This document shows, piece after piece, positions 25,380 to 35,020 of a stretch of 64,000 nucleotides of DNA (its first letter is position 1; each line of letters starts with the position of its first letter). The stretch comes from Chloroflexia bacterium (lineage in GTDB: Bacteria; Chloroflexota; Chloroflexia; DTKN01). The translations under genes and the position numbers were made by a program. The notes under the pieces are model-generated. The model searched no databases. It worked only from the letters and a program-made list of their open reading frames with translations, and was not told the origin of the DNA. The stretch is taken from assembly GCA_016928715.1 (NCBI GenBank), contig JAFGKG010000112.1, positions 969 through 64,968 on the forward strand. Reading direction: 5' to 3'.

Positions 25380-25519
25380 GGCCTCAGGCCAGGGTTGGGA
25401 AAGGCAGTCGCTTGATTTAGCCCCAGGCTGCCTACTCCCATTGGCGATTGAGGCACTGCCCAGTGGATCATTGTCTAGCCGTTGATCAGAGCTGCACCCA
25501 AGCAGAATGAGGTGAAAAC

Positions 25520-27499
25520 ATGGCAAAAATAAAGAGTATCGACCCTGCCGTCAGCGAGATGCTGGAGCAGGCTGAAAAAGAGGGGCTGTCCACGGCGTTC
25601 AGCCGAGCGGAGGACATGAAACCTTGCCCCATCGGGCACGTGGGCCGCTGCTGCAAGCACTGCCACATGGGCCCCTGCCGCCTGATGAAACCGGGCCAGA
25701 CCGGTGTTTGTGGCGCCACCATCGAGACGGTGACGGCCCGCAACCTGGTGCGGATGATCGCCGGCGGCGCTTCGGCCCACTCGGACCACGGGCGCGACTT
25801 GGCCCTGACCCTGTTGGCCGTGGCCGAGGGCGAGGCCCCGGACTATCGCATCCGTGACAAGGGCAAGCTGCTGCTGATGGCCGAGTACCTGGGCGTTCCC
25901 ATCAAGGGGCGCGAGATCCTCGAGATCGCCCAAGACGTCGGCAGCAAGGCCCTGTCGCAGTTTGGCCAGCAGACGGGTGAACTTCTCAGTGTGCAGCGCG
26001 CGCCCAAGCCGCGCCAGGAGATCTGGCGCCGCCTGGGGATGGTCCCCCGCGGCATTGACCGCGAGGTGGTCGAGGTCATGCACCGCACCCACGTGGGCAA
26101 CGACCAGGATCACGAGAGCCTGCTCAAGGCCGGTCTGCGCTGTGCTTTGGCCGATGGCTGGGGCGGCTCCATGCTGGCCACCGACCTGACCGATGTCCTC
26201 TTTGGTACGCCCAGTCCGCTGTCCGCCCGCTCCAACCTAGGCATCCTCTCCGATGACGAGGTCAATCTCATCGTCCACGGCCACGAGCCGACCCTTTCCG
26301 AGATGATTGCAGTGGCCTGTATGGATCCCGAGATGATCGAGTACGCCAAGAGCAAGGGCGCCAAGGGCATCAACCTGGCCGGTATCTGCTGCACGGCCAA
26401 CGAGGTGCTGATGCGCCAGGGCGTGGGCACGATTGGCAATTTTCTCAGCCAAGAGTTGGCCGTAATGACCGGCGCGATCGAATTGATGGTGGTGGACATC
26501 CAGTGCATCATGGAAGCCCTGTCCCCCCTGTGCGAGCGCTACCACACCTCCCTGGTGACCACCTCGCCCAAGGTCCACATCCACGGGGCGACGCACATTG
26601 GCTTTGACGAGCACCGCGCTCTGGACATTGCCAAACAGATTGTGCGCATGGCCTGCGACAACTATCCCAAGCGGGGCAAAACGCACATTCCCCAGTTCCA
26701 GACCGAGCTGGTGGCCGGTTTCTCCCACGAGTACCTCAACTACTTGATGGGCGGCTACTACCGTGGCTCCTTCCGTCCGCTGAACGATGCCATCATGACC
26801 GGGCGACTGCGCGGCGTGGCCGGCGTGGTTGGCTGCAACAACCCGCGCACCAGCAGCCACGACGCAGCCCACGATTACGTCACGCGCGAATTCATCAAGA
26901 ACGATATCCTGGTCGTGCAGACCGGCTGCGGGGCCATCTCCGCGGCCAAGTTTGGCCTGCTCGCGCCGGAGGCGGCGATGGAACTGGCCGGCCCCGGCCT
27001 GCGCGAGATCTGCGAGACCCTGGGCATCCCGCCCGTGCTGCACCTGGGGTCCTGTGTGGACAACAGCCGGATCCTCACCACCCTGGCCCAGATGGCCAAT
27101 GAGGGTGGCCTGGGTACGGACATCAGCGACATCCCGGGGGTGGGCCTGGCGCCGGAGTGGATGAGCGAGAAGGCTATTTCCATTGGCTGCTACTTTGTCG
27201 CCTCCGGTGTCTATACCATTATGGGGGGCAAGAGCCCGGTAGAGGCCAGTGAAGTCGTAAGCGAGTACATCAGCAAGGTGTGGGAAGAGCAGTTGGGTGG
27301 CAAGTACGAGTTTATCGAGGAACCCGAGGAAATGGTGGCCCGCTCTTTGGCCCATATCGATGCCAAGCGACAGGCCCTGGGTTTGCCCGACTATGACCCC
27401 ACTCGCTATGGCGCCAGCGGCGACGGCATGCTGCTGCGCTACCTGGAAGCGGTGGAAAAGGGCGAGCCGGCCAGCCTCTACAGCACCAAAGGGCTGTAG
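25520..27499 (+). CDS. cooS: anaerobic carbon-monoxide dehydrogenase catalytic subunit
   Basis: N-terminal Cys cluster CPIGHVGRCCKHCHMGPCRL....GVCGA. The length and remaining conserved Cys/His pattern are typical of Ni,Fe-CODH. Confidence 0.95.
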   Translation: MAKIKSIDPAVSEMLEQAEKEGLSTAFSRAEDMKPCPIGHVGRCCKHCHMGPCRLMKPGQTGVCGATIETVTARNLVRMIAGGASAHSDHGRDLALTLLAVAEGEAPDYRIRDKGKLLLMAEYLGVPIKGREILEIAQDVGSKALSQFGQQTGELLSVQRAPKPRQEIWRRLGMVPRGIDREVVEVMHRTHVGNDQDHESLLKAGLRCALADGWGGSMLATDLTDVLFGTPSPLSARSNLGILSDDEVNLIVHGHEPTLSEMIAVACMDPEMIEYAKSKGAKGINLAGICCTANEVLMRQGVGTIGNFLSQELAVMTGAIELMVVDIQCIMEALSPLCERYHTSLVTTSPKVHIHGATHIGFDEHRALDIAKQIVRMACDNYPKRGKTHIPQFQTELVAGFSHEYLNYLMGGYYRGSFRPLNDAIMTGRLRGVAGVVGCNNPRTSSHDAAHDYVTREFIKNDILVVQTGCGAISAAKFGLLAPEAAMELAGPGLREICETLGIPPVLHLGSCVDNSRILTTLAQMANEGGLGTDISDIPGVGLAPEWMSEKAISIGCYFVASGVYTIMGGKSPVEASEVVSEYISKVWEEQLGGKYEFIEEPEEMVARSLAHIDAKRQALGLPDYDPTRYGASGDGMLLRYLEAVEKGEPASLYSTKGL

Positions 27500-27532
27500 T
27501 CGGTCCAGATAGAACTAGAAGGAGGAGATTCA

Positions 27533-29791
27533 ATGTCCCGTTATATCTCGACGGCAGTGATCCGTGGGGCCAATGCCATTGTCAAAGAGGCCGAAGGTAT
27601 GCTGGCCCAGGCGATCGCCGAATATGGACCGGATACGCCGGTGGCCTTTACCAATACCGCGTACTACCTTCCGGTGACCTTTGGTCTGACCGGCATGCAG
27701 GTAGAAAATCTGGGGGATATGGCCGAGGTGCTGCAGTACGCCCGCAGTATGCTGTACGCCCTGCCCAAGGAACAAACCTGGCTGCCCTACCTGGGCGAAG
27801 CCCTGGACAGCGGCATCGCTACCCTTTTGGCCGAGGAGGTCATTATGGGGATCCGCTTTGTGCGCGGGGAGCAGCCGGAAAAGATCCCCGGCCTCGAGCT
27901 GGTCGGCACCAGCGCGCCGGCGGAGAGCGGCTATGCCAACGGCCCCATCGACGATATCCAGCTGCGCGCCTGGGGCATCCAGTTGGTGGACGGGCGCATG
28001 CCCGGCTTTGCCGCCATCGCCGGTGCGGCCAAGTCCAACGAGGTCGCCGTAGAGATCGTGCGCCAGTTGCAGCAGCGCAATATCCTGGTCTTTTTGTGCG
28101 GCAACGTCAATGGCCGCAGCATCATCCACCAGTTGATCGAGGAAGGCGTCGAGATGGGCTACGATACCTACATCGTGCCTTTTGGCACCGATACCATCTC
28201 GGCCATCTATCCGCTGGGGTTTGCGACCCGCTCTGCCCTGACCTTTGGCGGCAAAAAGGGCGGCCAGGCCCGCGAGATCCTGCTCTACAACAAGTACCGC
28301 GTCTTTGCCTTCGTCCTGGCCCTGGGCGAAGTAGACGACCTCAAGTACGCCACCGCCGCCGGGGCCATCTCTTACGGCTTTCCCACCATCGCCGATACGA
28401 TCATTCCCCAGGTGCTGCCCACCGGCATCACCCAGTACGAGCACGTCATCTCGATGCCCTTTGACGACATCGAGGGCAAGGATGACATCGAACGGGCCAA
28501 AAGGATGGTCCAGAAGGCCATCGAGGTCCGCGGCGTCAAGCTCAAGATCACCGATGTGCCCATCCCGGTGCCCTACGGCTCGGCCTTTGAGGGCGAGCGC
28601 GTGCGTCGGGCCGATATGCGCATCGAGTTTGGCGGCAAGAACGCGCGCTGCTTCGAGTACCTGTACATGGTCGATTTGGAGGATGTGGAGGACGGCAAGG
28701 TCGAGATCGTCGGCCCCGGTTTTGAAGAGATCGAGGACGGCGGCTATATGGACATGGGCATCGTCGTGGAGGTGGCCGGCCGCAAGATGCAGACCGACTT
28801 TGAGCCGGTCCTGGAGCGCCAGATGCACTACTTTATCAACGGCGCTTCGGGCATCCAGCACATCGGGCAGCGCGACATTACCTGGATTCGCCTGTCCAAG
28901 GCCGCCTACGAAAAGGGCTTTAACCTGGAGCACTTTGGCAAGATCCTGCACGCCCGCTTCCACGCCGACTTTGGGGCCATTGTGGACAAGGTCCAGGTGA
29001 CCCTCTATACCAAGCCCGAGTTGGTCGAGGAATGGCTGGAAAAGGCGCGCGAGGCATACGACTATCGCAACCGCCGCCTGGCCGACCTAACCGACGAGGC
29101 CGTGGAAGAGTTTTACTCCTGCACCCTCTGCCAGAGCTTTGCGCCCAACCACGTCTGCGTGGTCTCGCCGGAACGGCTGGGCCTCTGTGGGGCCTATAAC
29201 TGGCTGGACTGCAAGGCCTCCTTCCAGATCAACCCCACCGGTCCCAATCAGCCCATCCTGAAGGGCCGCTGCCTGGACCCGATCAAGGGCTACTATGACA
29301 GGGTCAACGAGTTCGTCCAGCAGGCCTCCCACGGCTCGGTGGAAGAGGTCAGCATGTACTCGATCATCGAGAACCCCATGACCGCCTGTGGCTGCTTTGA
29401 GTGTATCGCCATGCTCATCCCCGAGGCCAATGGGGTCATGGTCGTCTCACGCGAGGATCCCAGCATGACCCCGGCCGGGATGACCTTTTCCACGCTGGCC
29501 GGCGTGGCCGGCGGCGGACTGCAGACCCCCGGCGTGATGGGCGTGGGCAAGTACTACCTGCTCAGCAAAAAGTTCATCTCTGCCGACGGCGGGTTCAAGC
29601 GCATCGTCTGGATGTCCTCGGTCCTCAAAGAGATGATGGCCGATGAGCTCAAAGAGATAGCCATCCGTGAGGGCGATCCCGACCTGATCGACAAGATCGC
29701 CGACGAGCGTTACGCCACCACGGTGGAGGAACTGCTGGGCTATCTGGAGGAAAAGGAACACCCGGCTTTGGCGATGGATGCGATCTTTTAG
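27533..29791 (+). CDS. acsB: acetyl-CoA synthase (CO-methylating acetyl-CoA synthase, alpha/AcsB)
   Basis: A-cluster motifs CTLCQSFAPNHVCVVSPERLGLCGA and ACGCFECI. 752 aa bacterial-type protein with a CODH-interacting N-terminal domain. Confidence 0.95.
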   Translation: MSRYISTAVIRGANAIVKEAEGMLAQAIAEYGPDTPVAFTNTAYYLPVTFGLTGMQVENLGDMAEVLQYARSMLYALPKEQTWLPYLGEALDSGIATLLAEEVIMGIRFVRGEQPEKIPGLELVGTSAPAESGYANGPIDDIQLRAWGIQLVDGRMPGFAAIAGAAKSNEVAVEIVRQLQQRNILVFLCGNVNGRSIIHQLIEEGVEMGYDTYIVPFGTDTISAIYPLGFATRSALTFGGKKGGQAREILLYNKYRVFAFVLALGEVDDLKYATAAGAISYGFPTIADTIIPQVLPTGITQYEHVISMPFDDIEGKDDIERAKRMVQKAIEVRGVKLKITDVPIPVPYGSAFEGERVRRADMRIEFGGKNARCFEYLYMVDLEDVEDGKVEIVGPGFEEIEDGGYMDMGIVVEVAGRKMQTDFEPVLERQMHYFINGASGIQHIGQRDITWIRLSKAAYEKGFNLEHFGKILHARFHADFGAIVDKVQVTLYTKPELVEEWLEKAREAYDYRNRRLADLTDEAVEEFYSCTLCQSFAPNHVCVVSPERLGLCGAYNWLDCKASFQINPTGPNQPILKGRCLDPIKGYYDRVNEFVQQASHGSVEEVSMYSIIENPMTACGCFECIAMLIPEANGVMVVSREDPSMTPAGMTFSTLAGVAGGGLQTPGVMGVGKYYLLSKKFISADGGFKRIVWMSSVLKEMMADELKEIAIREGDPDLIDKIADERYATTVEELLGYLEEKEHPALAMDAIF

Positions 29792-29809
29792 TTTTGGCTC
29801 GATTTGGGT

Positions 29810-29834
29810 GGCCCCGGTCTGTTTGGCCGGGGCC
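29810..29834 (+). terminator. hairpin after acsB (possible partial terminator/processing site)
   Basis: ggccccgg (29810..29817) pairs with ccggggcc (29827..29834). A T-run (tttttt) follows about 10 nt downstream, so this is not a textbook terminator. Confidence 0.35.
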
Positions 29835-29887
29835 GCCTTGTGCATTTTTTGTGTGCGGCCACGAGTCCGGCGGGTTTTGGGGCCCAC

Positions 29888-29916
29888 TTGCCTAAACCAC
29901 AGTTTCAGGGTAAAAT
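29888..29916 (+). promoter_or_regulatory. internal promoter for CBS-acsD-acsC (TTGCCT-17-TAAAAT)
   Basis: Hexamers at 29888..29893 and 29911..29916. Confidence 0.55.
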
Positions 29917-29953
29917 AGACAAGGTTTGTAGGAGCCGAAACAAGGAGAAGGCC

Positions 29954-30379
29954 ATGAGCTACCTGGACAAGACTACCGTGCGCGAGGTGATGCACCGGGG
30001 CGTCATTACCTGTGCTCCCGATACCGCCTTGAAAGAAGTGGCCCGCATTATGAACGCCACCGACGTACATGCCCTGGTGGTGGTCAATGAGCGCGATGAG
30101 GCCCAGGGCGTTGTGTCCCACATGGACCTGCTGGGCGCGTTTGGGCAGGATCTCTATGCGCTGCAAGCGGAGCACGTGATGAGCCGGGCCGTCTTTAGCG
30201 TAACGCCGGACACCCCACTGTCGGCGGCGGTGGCGCTCATGTTGGAGAACCGGGTGCACCGGCTCTTGGTGGTCCGCGAGGATGGCGAGGTCAAGGTCCC
30301 TCTTGGTATCGTCTCTACGACCGACGTAATTGATGCGATGTGGGGCCGGCCCTGGTTATGGGAGCGACCCAAGGAATAA
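29954..30379 (+). CDS. CBS-pair domain protein
   Basis: 141 aa. ATG at 29954 after AAGGAGAAGG. Two CBS repeats (VREVMHRGVITCAPDTALKEVARIM and AEHVMSRAVFSVTPDTPLSAAVALM). Confidence 0.8.
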   Translation: MSYLDKTTVREVMHRGVITCAPDTALKEVARIMNATDVHALVVVNERDEAQGVVSHMDLLGAFGQDLYALQAEHVMSRAVFSVTPDTPLSAAVALMLENRVHRLLVVREDGEVKVPLGIVSTTDVIDAMWGRPWLWERPKE

Positions 30380-30417
30380 ATGGCATTAGTTGAGCATAGA
30401 ATAAGGAGGGCAATGTT

Positions 30418-31386
30418 ATGCCAGTCGAAATCCCCAAAGAATCCTGGTCGACGAGTGTGATCGAGGTGACGTTGGGCGCAACGCCGGAACAAGGCGGTAC
30501 CCGTGGACGTACGGTCACGGTGGGGGGGGAAGGCACCCTGCCCTTCCTTCACTACGAGGGAGCGATGCCCCGTCGCCCGGTGGTCGCCGTCGAAGTGTTG
30601 GACAAACGTCCGGAGGATTGGTCCCCTCTGCTGATGGAAGACTGGGGGGATGTGCTGGATGACCCGGTGGCCTGGGCGGCCAAGGGCGTGGAGTTGGGGG
30701 CCGAGTTGGTCTGCCTGAACCTGGAAAGCACGAATCCCGATGGGGATGGCCGTTCCCCGCAAGAGGCGGCGGAGACGGTCAAGGCTGTCCTGGCCGGGGT
30801 GGAGGTTCCCCTGATCGTGTTGGGCCCCGGGCAGCCGGAGGCTGACAACGCGGTGCTCTCGGCGGTGGCTGAGGCAGCCGCCGGCGAGCGCCTGGTCCTG
30901 GGCCTGTGCGAGGACAAGAACTACCGCACCATCGCTGCCGCCGCTATGGGCTATGGCCACCTGGTGATCGCTTGCTCTCCTATTGATGTGAACCTGGCCA
31001 AGCAGTTGAATATCCTGATCAGCGATATGGGATTGCCGCTGGAGAACATTCTCATCGATCCTACCACGGGCGGCCTGGGCTATGGTCTGGAGTATACCTA
31101 CTCGGTGATGGAGCGGCTGCGCATCGCCGCGCTGACCGGGGATCGCATGACCATGCTGCCCTTTATCTGCATCGCCGGCTATGAATCCTGGCGCCAGAAA
31201 GAGTCCAAGGTGGACGAGGGTGTCCCCGAGGCCTGGGGCGATTTCCGCCAACGGGCCATCACTTGGGAACTGCACACGGCCATGTCCCTTCTGCTCGCCG
31301 GTGCGGATATCCTGTTGCTGCGGCACCCCGAGTCCATCCAGCGGACAGTCCGGACGATTGATCAATTGATGGAAAAGGAGGCCTAG
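30418..31386 (+). CDS. acsD: corrinoid iron-sulfur protein small subunit
   Basis: The N-terminus MPVEIPKESWSTSVIEVTLGAT....TVTVGGE.TLPFLHYEG and the TIM-barrel-like body are typical of AcsD/CdhD. It sits directly upstream of acsC. Confidence 0.85.
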   Translation: MPVEIPKESWSTSVIEVTLGATPEQGGTRGRTVTVGGEGTLPFLHYEGAMPRRPVVAVEVLDKRPEDWSPLLMEDWGDVLDDPVAWAAKGVELGAELVCLNLESTNPDGDGRSPQEAAETVKAVLAGVEVPLIVLGPGQPEADNAVLSAVAEAAAGERLVLGLCEDKNYRTIAAAAMGYGHLVIACSPIDVNLAKQLNILISDMGLPLENILIDPTTGGLGYGLEYTYSVMERLRIAALTGDRMTMLPFICIAGYESWRQKESKVDEGVPEAWGDFRQRAITWELHTAMSLLLAGADILLLRHPESIQRTVRTIDQLMEKEA

Positions 31387-31388
31387 CC

Positions 31389-32738
31389 ATGGCATTGACT
31401 GGTTTGCAGATCTATAAATTGCTGCCCAAGACAAACTGCAAGGAATGTGGCTTCCCCACTTGTCTGGCCTTTGCCATGAAGCTGGCCAGCAAGCAGGCCG
31501 AACTCGACTCCTGTCCCTACGTCTCGGACGAGGCCCGGGAGACTTTGGCCGCCGCGGCCGCGCCGCCCATCCGCCTGGTCGCGTTGGGCGAGGACGAGTA
31601 CAAGGTTGAGGTGGGCAACGAGACGGTCATGTTCCGCCACGAAAAGACCTTTTTCCACGAGAGCGGCCTCTTTTTGCGGGTCAAGGATAACGAGGACGCC
31701 GCTGAGGTCGAGGCCAAGGTCAAGGCGGCGATGGACTATACGGTCGAGCGCGTCGGCTTGATCCTGCAGCTCAACGGTGTGGCCGTGGAGAATGCCTCCG
31801 GGGACGCCGGGACCTTTGCCCAATGCGTGCGGCTGGTCCGCGGACTGACCGAGAAGCCGCTTATCCTGATGGGCGAGAGCCCCGAGGCCCTGCGGGCAGC
31901 CCTGGAGCAAGAGGGCGGCAAGCAGCCCTTGCTCTATGCCGCCACGGTGGACAATTGGGAGGAAATGGCGGCTCTGGCCAAAGAGGCCGGCGTGCCGCTG
32001 GCCGTTCGGGCCGACGACCTGGATACTCTGGCCGCGCTGACCGAAAAGATCAAGGGCGCCGGGGTCGAGGATATGGTCCTGGATCCGGGGGCGCGGGATA
32101 TGTTGGGCTCGCTGCACATGCTGACCCACCTGCGCCGGCTGGCCCTGAAAAAGAATCTCCGCGCCCTGGGCTATCCCGTCATTACCTTCCCCGCGGAGGG
32201 CGCCGAGGACGAGGTCGAGGAGTCGCTCATCGGCGTCGAGCACGTGGCCAAGTACGCCAGCCTGGTGGTGCTGGACCACTTTTCGCCGGCCATTGTCTAT
32301 CCGCTGCTGACCCTGCGGCTGAACATCTATACCGACCCGCAGAAACCGATCCAGGTCAGCCCGGGCCTGTACGAGATTGGCACGCCCGACGAGAACTCTT
32401 GCCTGATGGTGACCACCAACTTTTCGCTGACCTACTTTAGCGTGGCCGGCGAGATCGAGGGTAGCGGCCGGCCGGGCTGGCTGCTCATCACCGAGGCCGA
32501 GGGCATGAGCGTGCTCACGGCCTGGGCCGCGGGCAAGTTTGATGCCGAGCGCATCGCCAAGGCCGTCAAGCAGTACGACGTCGCTTCCAAGGTCGCCCAC
32601 AAGAAACTGGTCCTGCCGGGCTACGTCTCGACCCTGCTGGGCGAGGTTGAGGATGCGCTGCCGGACTGGGAGATCATGGTCGGGCCGCGAGAGTCGGTGG
32701 ACATTCCAAACTATATAAAGAACGTTTGGGCCGCCTGA
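31389..32738 (+). CDS. acsC: corrinoid iron-sulfur protein large subunit
   Basis: N-terminal 4Fe-4S motif LPKTNCKECGFPTCLAFAMKLA.......CPYV. Length matches AcsC/CdhE. Confidence 0.9.
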   Translation: MALTGLQIYKLLPKTNCKECGFPTCLAFAMKLASKQAELDSCPYVSDEARETLAAAAAPPIRLVALGEDEYKVEVGNETVMFRHEKTFFHESGLFLRVKDNEDAAEVEAKVKAAMDYTVERVGLILQLNGVAVENASGDAGTFAQCVRLVRGLTEKPLILMGESPEALRAALEQEGGKQPLLYAATVDNWEEMAALAKEAGVPLAVRADDLDTLAALTEKIKGAGVEDMVLDPGARDMLGSLHMLTHLRRLALKKNLRALGYPVITFPAEGAEDEVEESLIGVEHVAKYASLVVLDHFSPAIVYPLLTLRLNIYTDPQKPIQVSPGLYEIGTPDENSCLMVTTNFSLTYFSVAGEIEGSGRPGWLLITEAEGMSVLTAWAAGKFDAERIAKAVKQYDVASKVAHKKLVLPGYVSTLLGEVEDALPDWEIMVGPRESVDIPNYIKNVWAA

Positions 32739-32843
32739 TCCTTAAACAATATCCGCTTGTTGCACGTTTAATCCTAGAGACGTGTATTCGGGGTGCCGGG
32801 AACGGTCGCGCCACCCCGGCAGAATGCGCAAAGGAGGATTCTC

Positions 32844-33101
32844 GTGGAGAATAAGCGTCTGTATCGTTCGAGCAGGGAGCAGATGATTGCCGGCGTTTGT
32901 GCCGGATTGGCCGAGTACTTTGCTATCGATCCGACCCTGGTGCGGTTGATTTTCGTGATCTTGGCCTTGATGGGCGGCCCTGGCATCTTGATTTATATCG
33001 TGCTGTGGATCGTGATGCCCGAGGGCCCAACGGCTGTGGGGGAGGTGTCCCCGACCGTCGCGCCTGAGGCCAAGGTGGAACCATCCGAGATTGAGGACTA
33101 G
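32844..33101 (+). CDS. PspC-domain membrane protein
   Basis: GTG at 32844 lies 6 nt after AGGAGG. Motif RSSREQMIAGVCAGLAEYFAIDPTLVRLIFVILAL. Confidence 0.8.
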   Translation: MENKRLYRSSREQMIAGVCAGLAEYFAIDPTLVRLIFVILALMGGPGILIYIVLWIVMPEGPTAVGEVSPTVAPEAKVEPSEIED

Positions 33102-33171
33102 TCTCGCCTGGCGTCAAGCAGGCCTCAAAGGGACTGCTTTATGTCAGGACAGCGAAAGAGGCGCGGCCGGC

Positions 33172-34230
33172 ATGCGGTCCGCGCCGCTTTTGCTTCCGCT
33201 CCCGGTGGAGTGCTGCTCTGTGCCCGACCTGGCCGTGCTCGTCGTCAGTTGGAACGTCCGTGAGCTCTTGGCCGGCTGCCTGCGCTCCGTGCAGGCCTCG
33301 CTGGCTGGTGCCGGTCTGTCCGCTCGCCTGCTGGTTGTGGACAATGCTTCCTGCGACGGCAGTGCGGCGATGGTGCGCCAAACATTCCCCGAGGTGCAGG
33401 TGCTGGCCCTGGAGGAAAATCGGGGGTTTGCCGGCGGCAGTAACGCCGGCCTGGCGGAATTGGGGCTATTTACCCCGCCTCGGTCGGCGGAGATCGGGAC
33501 GCCGCTCTCTGGGGGGGCTGTGGGAGAGGATGCTTGTCCCCCCTACGTGCTCTTGCTCAACCCCGATGTGGAGGTGCCGCCCGGGGCTATTGCCACCATG
33601 CGCTCCTACCTGGCGGCACACCCCCAGGTGGGGTTGGTCGGGCCGCAACTGCGCTATCCGGATGGCCGGCCGCAGTCCTCGCGGCGGCGCTTTCCCCGCC
33701 CGGGCACCCTCTTTTGGGAAAGCACTCCCCTGGAGCGACTCTGGCCGCGCAACCCCTGGGTCCGGCACTACCGTTTGGAGGATCGTCCGTCCGAAATCCC
33801 CCAGGAGGTGGACTGGCTGGTGGGGGCCTGCCTGCTGCTGCGGACGGAGGCGCTGAGACAGGTCGGGTCGCTGGACGAGGGATTTTTTCTGTACTTTGAG
33901 GAGCTTGAATGGTGTCAAAGGATCCAGCAGGCCGGCTGGCGGGTGGTCTACCTGCCGCAGGTCGAGGTCGTCCACTACGAAGGCCGTTCCAGTGAACAGG
34001 TGCCCCTGCAGCGGCAGCTCTATTTCGAACGGAGCAAGCTGCGCTATGCCCGGCTGCGCTTTGGGCCGGCCTGGGCCGGTCTGTTGCGTGGCTTTCTGTT
34101 GACTATGTACGCTTGGCAGTGGCTGCTGGAGGCCGGCAAGTGGCTGCTGGGCCACAGGCGGGCGCTGCGAGCGCAGCGTATGCAGGTCTATGGGCGGATT
34201 CTGCGGACGGGCTTGCGGGGAAAAGTTTGA
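33172..34230 (+). CDS. glycosyltransferase family 2
   Basis: Motifs VLVVSWNVRELL, VVDNASCDGSAAMV, ENRGFAGGSNAG and LLLNPDVEV. The start Met is at 33172 within ORF 33091..34230. Confidence 0.85.
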   Translation: MRSAPLLLPLPVECCSVPDLAVLVVSWNVRELLAGCLRSVQASLAGAGLSARLLVVDNASCDGSAAMVRQTFPEVQVLALEENRGFAGGSNAGLAELGLFTPPRSAEIGTPLSGGAVGEDACPPYVLLLNPDVEVPPGAIATMRSYLAAHPQVGLVGPQLRYPDGRPQSSRRRFPRPGTLFWESTPLERLWPRNPWVRHYRLEDRPSEIPQEVDWLVGACLLLRTEALRQVGSLDEGFFLYFEELEWCQRIQQAGWRVVYLPQVEVVHYEGRSSEQVPLQRQLYFERSKLRYARLRFGPAWAGLLRGFLLTMYAWQWLLEAGKWLLGHRRALRAQRMQVYGRILRTGLRGKV

Positions 34231-34237
34231 GTGGGGG

Positions 34238-35020
34238 TCAAGCGGAAGGCCATTCTTGCTGCTTCTGCAGCAAGTGCCGCACGGTGTGCAGGCGATAGTA
34301 TCCCATGGCCGCGCAGAGAAATAGGCCCAAGGGTCCATCCCGCCAACCCTGTAGTTGGATGTAACGCCGGTAGAATTCCTTCCAGGGCTGCGTCAGCAGG
34401 CTGTGCGGACGAGCGCGCTGGCCCTGCTGCAGGAACATCTCGGCCTCCAGCCGGGCATAACGCCGCTGCTTGCGCTGGAACTCTTCCAGGGTGTCGATGT
34501 TATAGTGCCAAAAGTGCTCCTGCAAATAGCCCGCTTGGCCCTGTAGCTGGACTACCTCGTGCACGCGCTGGTGCTCCGGATAGTGGGCCCGCTCCCGCCA
34601 GAGCAGGCGCAGTTGGTGGTCGGGATACCAGCCGCCGTGACCGACCCGCCGGCCAAAGAAATAATTGTAGCGGGGAATCCAATAGCCCACAAAGGCCTCG
34701 CTGTCCGCAGGGTCGGGGGCTTGCTGGATGGCGGTGGTGATCTCCCGGCACAGCTCGGGTTGAGCTACTTCGTCGGCGTCCAGAAAGAACACCCACGGCT
34801 GGCGGCAGAGGGCCAGGCAGTCGTTGCGTAGCTGGGCAAAGGAGACAAAGGTCACCCATTCGATGCGGGCGCCCCGCTGCTGACAGATCTCGGCTGTGCG
34901 GTCGCTGCTGTCTGGAGCTAGCGCGACCACGATTTCGTCGGCCAGTCCGCTCACGCTGTCGAGGCAGCCGGCGATGTAGCGCTCCTCGTTCTTGGCCGGA
35001 ATGGCCACACTCAGTCCCAT
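34238..35020 (-). CDS. glycosyltransferase family 2
   Basis: Motifs SVAIPAKNEERYIAGCLDSV and VFFLDADEV. It overlaps the upstream GT2 gene by 10 nt, which suggests an operon. Confidence 0.8.
   Translation of the reverse strand: MGLSVAIPAKNEERYIAGCLDSVSGLADEIVVALAPDSSDRTAEICQQRGARIEWVTFVSFAQLRNDCLALCRQPWVFFLDADEVAQPELCREITTAIQQAPDPADSEAFVGYWIPRYNYFFGRRVGHGGWYPDHQLRLLWRERAHYPEHQRVHEVVQLQGQAGYLQEHFWHYNIDTLEEFQRKQRRYARLEAEMFLQQGQRARPHSLLTQPWKEFYRRYIQLQGWRDGPLGLFLCAAMGYYRLHTVRHLLQKQQEWPSA

Noticed and set aside
26237-28963. Long minus-strand ORFs (372 and 477 aa) across cooS and acsB.
   Set aside because: They are antisense artefacts of high-GC coding sequence. cooS and acsB are unambiguous.
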